A stretch of DNA of 18,456 nt from a candidate division FCPU426 bacterium (GCA_030637655.1 DAOWGI010000060.1:1-18456); one strand, 5' to 3'; shown: positions 1-8,663, numbered from the stretch's first letter. The notes: generated by a model not told the origin, from the sequence alone. Numbers and translations are program-made.

Positions 1-124
1 ACCTACGATTACACCCTCGCCTTCATCTGTTTTCTCACCTACGATTACACCCTCGCCTTCATCTGTTTTCTCACCTACGATTACACCCTCGCCTTCATCT
101 GTTTTCTCACCTACGATTACACCC
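1..124 (+). repeat. Perfect 36-bp coding tandem repeat, 3 full copies plus a 16-bp partial copy (may continue upstream)
   Basis: acctacgattacaccctcgccttcatctgttttctc occurs at 1-36, 37-72 and 73-108, with a partial copy at 109-124. It encodes PTITPSPSSVFS. Confidence 0.95.
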
Positions 125-469
125 AAAGTCACCTATATAGAAACACCTAGCCGCACTGCCACCTGCTTAGCGGCAATTTCAGCGACCATGTCGCCACAAA
201 AGAATAACAATACAAAAATATCCGTATATCCAAATCCGGCTAATGCCAATATAACTTTTGACATTTCAAGCGTGGAAGGTAAAACTGTATGTATTATTAT
301 CTACAATATTGCCGGCGAAAAAATATCCAAAATCAACGCTCAACTGTCGCCGGGAATAAACACTCCTTTAACTTGGCATTGCCGACAAATTGCTGCTGGA
401 ATTTATTTCATCCTGATTAGTATTGATAAACAAAAACCTATAATCATTAAAACTGCTATTTTGCATTAA
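2..469 (+). CDS. 3' part of a probably secreted protein: Pro/Thr/Ser-rich repeat linker plus T9SS type-A-like (Por secretion tail/FlgD-Ig-like) C-terminal domain; 5'-truncated by the window edge
   Basis: The frame of ORF 188..469 is open back to base 2 (PTITPSPSSVFS x3...). The C-terminus has the pattern VYPNP...IYNIAGEKI...W...AAGIYF typical of T9SS-A-like tails. Confidence 0.8.
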   Translation, partial: PTITPSPSSVFSPTITPSPSSVFSPTITPSPSSVFSPTITPKVTYIETPSRTATCLAAISATMSPQKNNNTKISVYPNPANANITFDISSVEGKTVCIIIYNIAGEKISKINAQLSPGINTPLTWHCRQIAAGIYFILISIDKQKPIIIKTAILH

Positions 470-498
470 TTCCCGGATCAGACGGTATATTTTCGGAT

Positions 499-534
499 AA
501 AAGGAGTAAAAGGCTAAGGGTTCGTATTTTCTCC
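499..534 (-). terminator. Possible weak intrinsic terminator for minus-strand transcription
   Basis: The minus strand reads GGAGAAAA...TTTTACTCC followed by TTTT. The stem is imperfect and the loop is large. Confidence 0.3.
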
Positions 535-650
535 AGTTCCGGCCGAAGCGGTTAATGCTGGGTGGATTTCCTCCGCTTTAGCGGACACGCAGTTAAGAAC
601 GTAAAGCGGATTCACTATTTATATCAATACTAAAAAAGACTTTAAAAAAA

Positions 651-1058
651 TTACTCACCCATCACCCGCACAATTAGTTTGCGACTGCGCGGACCGTCGA
701 ATTCACAGAAATAGATTCCCTGCCAGGTGCCCAGGATCAGGCGGCTGTGAGAAACCGGGATAGTTACAGAATTTCCTATCAGACTGGCTTTGACATGTGC
801 GTCAGAATTGCCTTCTCCATGCCGAAACTCCCGGCAATCCGGCGAGATCTTGCTCAATTGCAATAAAATATCATGCACCACATCCGGGTCCGCGTTCTCA
901 TTGATCGTGATCGCGGCCGTGGTGTGCATCACATGCGCAACCAAAATCCCTTCCTTGACCCCGGAGTCTGTGAGTGCTTTTTGTACTTGTCCGGTTACAT
1001 TCACCAACTCATTGCTGCGATTAGTGCGGACCGGGATTTCTATAAGCTCGTTTCCCAT
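651..1058 (-). CDS. yjbQ: YjbQ/UPF0047 family protein (secondary thiamine-phosphate synthase enzyme)
   Basis: Motifs HTTAAITINENADP, HVKASL and LGTWQGIYFCEFDGPR; 135 aa; starts 3 bp after the glmS stop. Confidence 0.92.
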   Translation of the reverse strand: MGNELIEIPVRTNRSNELVNVTGQVQKALTDSGVKEGILVAHVMHTTAAITINENADPDVVHDILLQLSKISPDCREFRHGEGNSDAHVKASLIGNSVTIPVSHSRLILGTWQGIYFCEFDGPRSRKLIVRVMGE

Positions 1059-1061
1059 TAT

Positions 1062-2897
1062 TTACTCCACTGTCACGCTCTTGGCCAAATTCCTCGGTTG
1101 ATCCACATCCGCGCCGCGCAGTACTGCCACATGATAGGCCAAGAGCTGCAACGGGATAACCGTAATCAATGGGCTGATGGATTCATTGAGCGCAGGCACC
1201 TCAATCACCCAGTCTGCCCGGCGCCGGATCTCCTTGTTGCCTTTGGTTACCAGGGCCAGGACCGAACCATTCCGACTTTTGACCTCTTCAATATTATTCA
1301 TGATCTTTTGCAAAACCGAAGAATTGTTGGCAATAGCCACAACCGGCATACGGCCGTCAATCAGGGCAATGGGTCCGTGTTTCATCTCACCAGCCGGGTA
1401 CCCTTCAGCATGAATGTAGGAAATCTCTTTGAGCTTCAATGCCCCTTCTAAAGCTATGGGATAATTAATCCCGCGACCCAGATAAAGAAAATCACGGTGC
1501 TTGAATACTTTCTGAGCAATCTCTTCGATATGCTTATCCATTTTTATGACATCTTCGATTAGACGCGGCACTTGACGCAAACGATCCATGTGCGCGGCAG
1601 CAGTAGCCGGGGTCAGGGCTTTGCGGTGCCGGCCCAGATAAAGCGCCAAAAGATGCAATGCCGTCAATTGGGCAGTAAAGGCTTTGGTGGAAGCTACCCC
1701 AATTTCCGGTCCGGCATGTGTGTACAACGTCTCATGCGCTTCCCTGGTCATGGTCGATCCGACCACATTGCAAATAGTCAGGGTGCGTGCTTTAAGTTTT
1801 TTAGCTTCCCGCAAAGCCGCCAGAGTATCGGCTGTCTCTCCGGACTGACTGATCAAGACTACCAAACTATTTTTGTCCGCCAAAGGCGCTCGATAGCGGA
1901 ATTCCGAGGCAAAGTCCACTTCTGTAGGAACCTTGGCCAGGCTCTCGATCAAAAACTTTCCGACCAAACCGGCATGCCAGGATGTGCCGCAGGCAACAAT
2001 AAAAACCCGCTTTAATCCTTTGAGAAATAAGTCTGGCATTTCTGCCTCACCTAACACCACTTCGCCGCCCAAGCCTTCGACCCGGCCGCGCAAAGTATCT
2101 TCCACTACCTGTGGTTGCTCATAGATTTCTTTGAGCATGAAATGCTTATACCCGCCCTTTTCCGCCTGGATCGCGTTCCAGGTAATATGCGTGGATTTTC
2201 TTTTAACGGGTTTGCCTTTGGCAGTCATGAGCTTGATGCCGCGATTGCTCAGCACTGCCAATTCATCATCATACATGAACAAGACATCTCGGGTATATGG
2301 CAACAAAGCCGGAATATCCGAGGCTAAGAAAAATTCTTTTTCTCCCAAGCCCAGAATCAAGGGACTGCCGCGACGTGCTGCCACCAATTTACCCGGCTCT
2401 TGTTGACTTACTACTCCCAAAGCAAAGGTCCCTTTGACTCGTGCTACAGCTTTTTTTACAGCAGTTTCCAAAGGTGTTTTGGCGGTGTAATATTTATCAA
2501 TCAAATGCGCGAAGACTTCGGTATCAGTATCCGAGTGGAATTTGTAACCGTCTGCTTCCAATTCTTTATGCAAAATGCGATCATTCTCAACAATGCCGTT
2601 GTGCACCACAGCCAGGGTCTTTTTGTTGTTGGTGTGCGGATGTGCGTTGTCTTCATTCGGACGTCCGTGCGTGGCCCAGCGCGTGTGGCCCAAACCAACC
2701 ACAGACGGCAGGGGTGACTTATGTGCCAGACAAATTAAATTTCGCAATTTCCCTTCACTGCGCCGCAATGTGAGTTTGCCTCGGGATATTACTGCCAAAC
2801 CGGCGGAATCATACCCCCGGTATTCCAAACGCTGCAGCCCATCCAAAAGGATTGGGACGGTCTCTTGCTGTCCTATGTATCCGACAATTCCGCACAT
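1062..2897 (-). CDS. glmS: Glutamine--fructose-6-phosphate transaminase (isomerizing)
   Basis: N-terminal MCGIVG, GHTRWATHG, SQSGETADT and C-terminal PRNLAKSVTVE; 611 aa. Confidence 0.99.
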   Translation of the reverse strand: MCGIVGYIGQQETVPILLDGLQRLEYRGYDSAGLAVISRGKLTLRRSEGKLRNLICLAHKSPLPSVVGLGHTRWATHGRPNEDNAHPHTNNKKTLAVVHNGIVENDRILHKELEADGYKFHSDTDTEVFAHLIDKYYTAKTPLETAVKKAVARVKGTFALGVVSQQEPGKLVAARRGSPLILGLGEKEFFLASDIPALLPYTRDVLFMYDDELAVLSNRGIKLMTAKGKPVKRKSTHITWNAIQAEKGGYKHFMLKEIYEQPQVVEDTLRGRVEGLGGEVVLGEAEMPDLFLKGLKRVFIVACGTSWHAGLVGKFLIESLAKVPTEVDFASEFRYRAPLADKNSLVVLISQSGETADTLAALREAKKLKARTLTICNVVGSTMTREAHETLYTHAGPEIGVASTKAFTAQLTALHLLALYLGRHRKALTPATAAAHMDRLRQVPRLIEDVIKMDKHIEEIAQKVFKHRDFLYLGRGINYPIALEGALKLKEISYIHAEGYPAGEMKHGPIALIDGRMPVVAIANNSSVLQKIMNNIEEVKSRNGSVLALVTKGNKEIRRRADWVIEVPALNESISPLITVIPLQLLAYHVAVLRGADVDQPRNLAKSVTVE

Positions 2898-2917
2898 ACC
2901 AACACCTCTGAGTTCTT

Positions 2918-3631
2918 TTATTGTACCAAGGCCAGCATATCCCGCACAGCTTCATCCAGGCCAACCAAACTGGCCCGGGCAATAATATTATGTCCAATGT
3001 TTAGATCTTCCACGCCGGCAAGCTCTGCCACCAGCCGGACATTGCGATACGTCAACCCGTGCCCGGCGTTGACACGCAAGCCCTTTTCCCGGGCCAGACA
3101 AGCGGCTTTGACCAATTTATCAAATTCTTCACATACCTTGTCTTCACCCTTGGCCTGGGCATAACAGCCGGTATGCAGTTCCACAAACTGCGCCCCTGCT
3201 TCTGCCGCAGCCTTGATTTGTGCGGCTTTTGGATCAACAAATAAGGAGACCGCAATACCTGTCTGATTCAGACGTTTGATAACCGGCTTTAAACGAGTCA
3301 CTTGCTTGCTAACATCCAAACCGCCTTCAGTAGTAAGTTCCTCCCGTTTTTCCGGCACCATGGTACATTCATCCGGTTTTATACGCTCAGCTATCTCTAC
3401 CATCTCATAGGTAGCTGCCATTTCCAGATTCAATTTGGTTTTCACGACTTGGCGGAGTAATTCCACATCACGATCCTGGATATGCCTGCGATCCTCGCGC
3501 AAATGAACAGTAATGCCTTGAGCTCCGGCCAGTTCCACCAGCACGGCCGCTTCCACAGGATCCGGATCGCATTCACGCCGTGCTTGACGCAAGGTGGCAA
3601 TGTGATCTATATTTACGCACAAGTTAGCCAT
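2918..3631 (-). CDS. pdxJ: Pyridoxine 5'-phosphate synthase
   Basis: [39 protein letters not shown] and NIGH motifs. The start overlaps the glmM 3' end. Confidence 0.98.
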   Translation of the reverse strand: MANLCVNIDHIATLRQARRECDPDPVEAAVLVELAGAQGITVHLREDRRHIQDRDVELLRQVVKTKLNLEMAATYEMVEIAERIKPDECTMVPEKREELTTEGGLDVSKQVTRLKPVIKRLNQTGIAVSLFVDPKAAQIKAAAEAGAQFVELHTGCYAQAKGEDKVCEEFDKLVKAACLAREKGLRVNAGHGLTYRNVRLVAELAGVEDLNIGHNIIARASLVGLDEAVRDMLALVQ

Positions 3632-5013
3632 GTGGCAACCCTCCTTTTTCCACTACCAATATGACTATCAATCGCATCACCAATGCGATGCGCCCAGCAT
3701 TGAGCTTGTTCTACAGCTTCTGCTTCGATCATGACTCTGGCCAAGACCTCGGTTCCGGAGTAGCGTAAATTAATACGACCGCGGTCTTTCAGACTCCGTT
3801 TGGCAGCCAACACTTCTTCTTTTACGCGTTTTAATTTCATGAAATCCGGCCGGCTCTTAACCGGAATATTAACCAGCAATTGCGGAAAATCTCGCCATTC
3901 GCCGGCTAATTGGGACAATGACTTGCCTTTTTCTTTCATCACGGATAATACTTCCAGAGCAGTAAGCAGACCGTCACCTGTTGGGCCAAAACGCGGTAAT
4001 AAAATATGACCGGACTGTTCACCGCCCAGACCCAAGCCTTTTTTCTTTATGGCTTGCGAAACAAAACGGTCACCCACTGAGGTGCGCAGCATATGGATGT
4101 TTTTACTCTTCAGATACAGTTCCAGACCCAGATTGCTCATGACCGTGGCCGCTACTGTGCGTTTAGGCAGACGGCCTTTGGCAGCATAGTGGACCGCTAA
4201 TATTCCCATGATACGGTCGCCATTGACCACCTTACCTTTCTCATCAATCAGCATCACGCGGTCACCATCACCATCAAAAGCCAAACCAGCATGCACCGGA
4301 CTCTTTTTTGTCTCCCGGATGGCTGTTGTCAGATAACACGAACCGCACTTGTGATTGATATTGATCCCATCCGGAATGTCCGCCAGGTACTTGGCTGAAA
4401 TTCCCAGGTCAACAAATACCCGGGGCACCGTCCGGCAGGTGGCCCCATTGGCCAAGTCCGCAACCACACGCAAACCTGCCAATTTTTCATCGACAAAACG
4501 TTTGACCATATCCGCTGCATACACATTTGCCGCTTCTCCTAAAAGATCGTGAATCATGCCAACTTGGACTCCGGTTTTAGGATGATTTCTTTTGTTGGAG
4601 GCCAATTTCTTTTCCAGAGCTGCCTCGCTCTTGTCCGGGAACTTGTCGCCGGTTGCTGCAAAGTATTTGATTCCATTGTCTTCGGCCGGATTGTGCGAAG
4701 CAGAAATTACAATACCAACATCCAATTTATAGTGCCGTGTTAGTTGAGAAACAGCCGGGGTGGGTATCACACCAAAGCGCAATACCTGAGCATCACCACT
4801 GGCCAATCCGGCGCTCAAGGCCGCCGCCAGCGCTGGTGAGGATATGCGTGTATCCCACCCTAAGCCCACTTTGACTCTGCCTTTCTTTTGCTGTGATAAG
4901 ACTTCGGCAGTCACTTCTCCTAAGCGCAAGACTTCTGCCACATCCAAAGGACCGACATTGGCTTTGCCCCGTATTCCATCTGTTCCAAAATACTTGGTTT
5001 TTCTCTTTTGCAT
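3613..5013 (-). CDS. glmM: Phosphoglucosamine mutase
   Basis: FGTDGIRG, catalytic ISASHNP, metal-binding DGDGDR, GGEQSGH and RYSGTE motifs; SD GGAGG upstream of the ATG. Confidence 0.97.
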   Translation of the reverse strand: MQKRKTKYFGTDGIRGKANVGPLDVAEVLRLGEVTAEVLSQQKKGRVKVGLGWDTRISSPALAAALSAGLASGDAQVLRFGVIPTPAVSQLTRHYKLDVGIVISASHNPAEDNGIKYFAATGDKFPDKSEAALEKKLASNKRNHPKTGVQVGMIHDLLGEAANVYAADMVKRFVDEKLAGLRVVADLANGATCRTVPRVFVDLGISAKYLADIPDGININHKCGSCYLTTAIRETKKSPVHAGLAFDGDGDRVMLIDEKGKVVNGDRIMGILAVHYAAKGRLPKRTVAATVMSNLGLELYLKSKNIHMLRTSVGDRFVSQAIKKKGLGLGGEQSGHILLPRFGPTGDGLLTALEVLSVMKEKGKSLSQLAGEWRDFPQLLVNIPVKSRPDFMKLKRVKEEVLAAKRSLKDRGRINLRYSGTEVLARVMIEAEAVEQAQCWAHRIGDAIDSHIGSGKRRVATWLTCA

Positions 5014-5081
5014 ACTTCCTCCACAACTTCAGCACCTTAAAAAGGTGACAAAATCCCATTATATATAAAATATTAGAGGTT

Positions 5082-5110
5082 ATATTAGCATAGGCGGGAA
5101 ATTGGGGCAA
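5082..5110 (-). promoter_or_regulatory. Putative sigma70 promoter of the glmM operon
   Basis: Minus strand TTGCCC-17 bp-TAATAT with an extended -10 TG. Confidence 0.5.
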
Positions 5111-5194
5111 AGGAAATAAAATTGTTAAAACTAAAGGATTTTAAGCTATAAATAACTAATATATAGTATAAAACGATATTGGGGATTGATTTAT

Positions 5195-5236
5195 TTCAAA
5201 AAAAAAAACAAACATAATATAATTTTTTGCTATACT
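5195..5236 (+). promoter_or_regulatory. Putative promoter(s) of the secreted-protein gene, with an A11 tract
   Basis: TTCAAA(5195)-17 bp-TATAAT(5218-5223), and an alternative TGcTATACT (5228-5236). A11 lies at 5198-5208. Confidence 0.4.
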
Positions 5237-5261
5237 AATGAAAAAGTCTCTTGAGGTGCCT

Positions 5262-6290
5262 ATGCGGCGTTTTTTCTCAGTCACTATCATCGCAAGCGTT
5301 CTTGTTGGCCTCTCTGTCCAGCCTGTACTCGCTGCTACGCTGGGCCGGACCACAATTGGCAATTCTTCATTTGTGGCTAATCCAACTATCTGTTATGGAA
5401 CATTATTTACTGCTTCCGCCACCTTTGTTGTAAATTCTCTTTCTGTGCGGGTTTTAACACCCAGCGCAACCGGTTCATGGTACGCTTGTATTTATGATGT
5501 GGATGGATCAGACCTGCCTGTAAATCTACTAAGCAAAAGCGCTACAACTACGGTTGTGTCAGATTCCTGGAATAGCGTTGCCATGCCCGCCTTTATGGCA
5601 AATGCCGGCCAAAGTTATTATGTGATGGCTATTTTCGGTGCTAGCCAAAGCATATCCATGAATACTCCGGAAGGAACTACGCATGAAAAAGATGGTGCTC
5701 CGACAAATCCCTTTGGTTTGGTCACAACTACCCTGAATCATACCATTGCCATCTATGCTTCCGGTCCTCTGCCGACTATGACCAATACTCCCACGTACAC
5801 TGCCACCTATACCTATACACATACTCCCACGATCACGCTGACAAACACACCAACCTATACTTCCACTGTTACTAAAACGTATACCATTACTATCACGTCG
5901 ACCATTTCTCCAACATCGACGGTTACACAAACCATTACTCTAACCGGCACAGCCACACCAACCTTGTCACCCACTATAACTCCGACCGATGTGCCGTTCA
6001 AACTCGACCGGAATAAAATCATGGCCTATCCAAGCCCGGCCCGGGGAGACATGATGCGTTTCTACGTCTATACTCCAGCCCAAAGTCATTTAACCATAGA
6101 AATATTTAATATCATTGGAGAAAAAGGCGATACCATAGAAATCCCTTTTACTGCCGCCGGTTATAAGCGTATTCCCTGGGATATCCGTAATGTTTCTCCT
6201 GGCATTTACTTCTACCGGACTACCATCCAATCCCCGGAAGGTATCCAGACCTTCCCGGTCCGGAAATTTGTCATTATCAAAGGACAATAA
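5262..6290 (+). CDS. Secreted protein: signal peptide, unknown beta-rich domain, (Thr-X)n linker and T9SS type-A-like C-terminal domain
   Basis: Likely start ATG 5262 after SD GAGGTG (5253-5258). Signal peptide MRRFF...VLA-A. The tail reads AYPSP...IEIFNIIGEK...WD...SPGIYFY...KFVIIK. Confidence 0.85.
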   Translation: MRRFFSVTIIASVLVGLSVQPVLAATLGRTTIGNSSFVANPTICYGTLFTASATFVVNSLSVRVLTPSATGSWYACIYDVDGSDLPVNLLSKSATTTVVSDSWNSVAMPAFMANAGQSYYVMAIFGASQSISMNTPEGTTHEKDGAPTNPFGLVTTTLNHTIAIYASGPLPTMTNTPTYTATYTYTHTPTITLTNTPTYTSTVTKTYTITITSTISPTSTVTQTITLTGTATPTLSPTITPTDVPFKLDRNKIMAYPSPARGDMMRFYVYTPAQSHLTIEIFNIIGEKGDTIEIPFTAAGYKRIPWDIRNVSPGIYFYRTTIQSPEGIQTFPVRKFVIIKGQ

Positions 6291-6306
6291 ATAAACCAGC
6301 CATAGC

Positions 6307-6335
6307 TTGTTCCGTGATTCTTTTTCTACTATAAT
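6307..6335 (+). promoter_or_regulatory. Putative sigma70 promoter implying a leaderless transcript
   Basis: TTGTTC(6307)-17 bp-TATAAT(6330-6335). The ATG is at 6342 and there is no SD. Confidence 0.6.
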
Positions 6336-6341
6336 ACGCAC

Positions 6342-6710
6342 ATGACATTTGATGAATTTAACACTGCCGTTGATGAGGCGGTTGAAAAAATTCCCGCCAA
6401 GTTCAAACAAGTGCTGGAAGCTGAAGGCATTGAAATCCTTCCGCGTGAAATCGTTCCGGAAAGAGTCAGGGAAATATTTCCCAACAGTATTGTATTCGGG
6501 GTATTTGTCGGCATATCCAAAAAACAACAGAGTTCCTGGACGTTCTCTACTGAACCTACGCGGATTGAAATCTACCAGCAAAGCTTTGAGCAGGCTTTTG
6601 GACCGTATATCACCAGTGCCATCAAGGACCAGATCCGCCGCACGGTCATCCACGAAATCGCGCATTATTTTGGATTTAATGAAGAAGAGGTCGCAGAAAG
6701 AGGATATTGA
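6342..6710 (+). CDS. Minimal zincin-like metallopeptidase family protein (Zincin_1/DUF1025-like)
   Basis: F...VDEAVEKIP N-terminus, P.RIEIYQ, and TVIHEIAHYFG (HExxH) near the C-terminus; 122 aa. Confidence 0.88.
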   Translation: MTFDEFNTAVDEAVEKIPAKFKQVLEAEGIEILPREIVPERVREIFPNSIVFGVFVGISKKQQSSWTFSTEPTRIEIYQQSFEQAFGPYITSAIKDQIRRTVIHEIAHYFGFNEEEVAERGY

Positions 6711-6724
6711 CTGAATTACTCCAC

Positions 6725-6874
6725 CCTAACCCGGACAAGCCGGAACCAAAAATATTTGACAAGATTAACAAGATATACAGGATTTTAAATAAATCCTATC
6801 AATCCTGTTATCCTGTCAAAAGAATTTTTTTGCGCTCTTTACGGTGAATGATTTTCTGCCATAAAAAGCACGAA
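6725..6874 (+). repeat. 150-bp dispersed palindromic element, copy 1 (MITE/REP-like)
   Basis: 147/150 identical to the reverse complement of 8514-8663. It has an internal palindrome, tttgacaagat...atcctgtcaaa. Confidence 0.95.
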
Positions 6875-6884
6875 GCCACTGCAC

Positions 6885-6907
6885 GGGCGTATGCAATGCG
6901 CCCCTAC
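6885..6907 (-). repeat. GTAG-type REP-like hairpin
   Basis: Minus strand GTAG-GGGCG-CATTGCATA-CGCCC: a GTAG tetranucleotide followed by a GC-rich palindrome. Confidence 0.7.
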
Positions 6908-6991
6908 GGTTTATATGTCATTCTCGGCGTTAGGTAAAAATCTCTTGCGGCCTGCTGAATGCAACACCTTTGTAAGGGCAACACGGGCGGA

Positions 6992-8422
6992 TTAGTATCT
7001 ATAATGCTCCGGTTTATATGGTCCTGCTATTGGCACACCAATATAATCCGCTTGTTCTTTTGACAACTTGGTCAATTTTATACCGATTTTTTCCAAATGC
7101 AGACGAGCTACTTCTTCGTCCAAAACTTTGGACAAACGGTACACGTCCTGTTTGTAATTGTCCTTGTTCTTCCATAGGTCCAACTGTGCCAAGGTCTGAT
7201 TGGAAAAAGAATTGGACATTACAAAAGAGGGATGACCGGTCGCACAGCCCAGATTGACCAGGCGACCTTCTGCGAGCATGAAAATCGCATGACCATCTTC
7301 ATATACATATTTATCCACTTGCGGTTTAATGTTTATTTTTTTAATCCCAGGCCAAAGGTTCAGCTTGTCCACCTGGATTTCATTATCAAAGTGACCAATA
7401 TTGCAGACAATCGCCTGGTCCTTCATCTTGGACATATGCTCTGCTGTGATCACTTCACGATTTCCGGTGGTGGTCACATAAATATCCGCTTCACCCAAAG
7501 TATCTTCTACGGCGGCAACTTCAAAACCTTCCATGGCTGCCTGCAAAGCGCAGATCGGATCAATTTCCGTCACAATCACCCGAGCGCCAAAACCGCGCAT
7601 GGATTGCGCGCTGCCTTTGCCAACATCACCGTAGCCGCACACACAAACCACTTTGCCGGCTACCATCACATCTGTGGCTCGTTTGATACCATCAGCCAAA
7701 GATTCACGGCAGCCGTACAGATTGTCAAATTTTGATTTAGTCACCGAATCATTTACATTGATGGCCGGCACCAGGAGCTTGCCTGCTTCCATCATCTGAT
7801 AGAGACGATGCACACCGGTTGTGGTTTCTTCGGAAACACCTTTCCACTCAGTCACTACTTTGTGCCAGTGTTGAGGATCTTTTTCGTGTACCTGTTTTAA
7901 CAAAGCTTTAATCACTTCTTCCTCCTGCGAGGACGAAGGTTGCCGTACCCAGTCTGAGCCGGCTTCCAGTTCATAGCCCTTATGGATGAGCAGAGTGGCA
8001 TCACCACCGTCATCCACGATCAATTCCGGGCCCTTGTTTCCGGGAAAAGTCAGGGCTTGCATAGTGCAGGCCCAATAATCTTCTAAAGATTCCCCTTTCC
8101 AAGCAAAAACCGGTGTGCCGGTCAGAGCAATGGCAGTGGCTGCGTGATCCTGAGTAGAAAAAATATTACACGAAGCCCAGCGAACATCTGCACCTAAGGC
8201 TTTTAGGGTCTCAATGAGTACTGCAGTCTGAATAGTCATATGTAATGATCCGGTAATACGCACGTCTTTTAATGGCTGCTCTTTGGCATACTTTTTCCGA
8301 ATCGCCATCAGGCCGGGCATTTCCTGCTCAGCAATCTCAATCTCTTTTCTTCCCCAATCAGCCAGACCCATATCCGCTACTACATGGGGGCTATCACTGA
8401 AAATTTCAACTTTGGTTGACAT
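6992..8422 (-). CDS. ahcY: Adenosylhomocysteinase (SAH hydrolase)
   Basis: [41 protein letters not shown] and C-terminal HYRY. Start taken as ATG 8422 (SD GAGGAG); ATG 8479 (SD AAGGAG) is an alternative. Confidence 0.98.
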   Translation of the reverse strand: MSTKVEIFSDSPHVVADMGLADWGRKEIEIAEQEMPGLMAIRKKYAKEQPLKDVRITGSLHMTIQTAVLIETLKALGADVRWASCNIFSTQDHAATAIALTGTPVFAWKGESLEDYWACTMQALTFPGNKGPELIVDDGGDATLLIHKGYELEAGSDWVRQPSSSQEEEVIKALLKQVHEKDPQHWHKVVTEWKGVSEETTTGVHRLYQMMEAGKLLVPAINVNDSVTKSKFDNLYGCRESLADGIKRATDVMVAGKVVCVCGYGDVGKGSAQSMRGFGARVIVTEIDPICALQAAMEGFEVAAVEDTLGEADIYVTTTGNREVITAEHMSKMKDQAIVCNIGHFDNEIQVDKLNLWPGIKKINIKPQVDKYVYEDGHAIFMLAEGRLVNLGCATGHPSFVMSNSFSNQTLAQLDLWKNKDNYKQDVYRLSKVLDEEVARLHLEKIGIKLTKLSKEQADYIGVPIAGPYKPEHYRY

Positions 8423-8513
8423 TTGAGTACTCTCCTCTTGCTTTTCGGTTAAAACCGTACTTTCTGGTTGTGCTGTCATACTGCTAATTCTCCTTAGTAT
8501 CTTAATTTTCAAA

Positions 8514-8663
8514 TTCGTGCTTTTTATGGCAGAAAATCATTCACCGTAAAGAGCGCAAAAAAATTCTTTTGACAGGATAACAGGATTGCTGGAATTTATT
8601 TAAAATCCTGTATATCTTGTTAATCTTGTCAAATATTTTTGGTTCCGGCTTGTCCGGGTTAGG
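8514..8663 (-). repeat. 150-bp dispersed palindromic element, copy 2, inverted relative to copy 1
   Basis: Its reverse complement matches 6725-6874 with 3 substitutions (aaattccagc vs aaatcctatc). Confidence 0.95.

Noticed and set aside
1-124. CRISPR array (36-bp repeats)
   Set aside because: The repeats are head-to-tail with no spacers, lie in an open reading frame, and no cas genes are present.
503-535. tRNA or tRNA fragment (GGTTCG...CTCCA)
   Set aside because: No paired T-stem, anticodon arm or D arm, and it is too short.
2898-2917. glmS ribozyme
   Set aside because: Only 20 bp separate pdxJ and glmS, leaving no room for it, and no motif is present.
8480-8512. Longest-ORF starts for ahcY (8512), queC (9561), radical SAM (11434) and the secreted protein (5238)
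   Set aside because: Downstream ATGs fit SD or promoter positions and family N-termini better.
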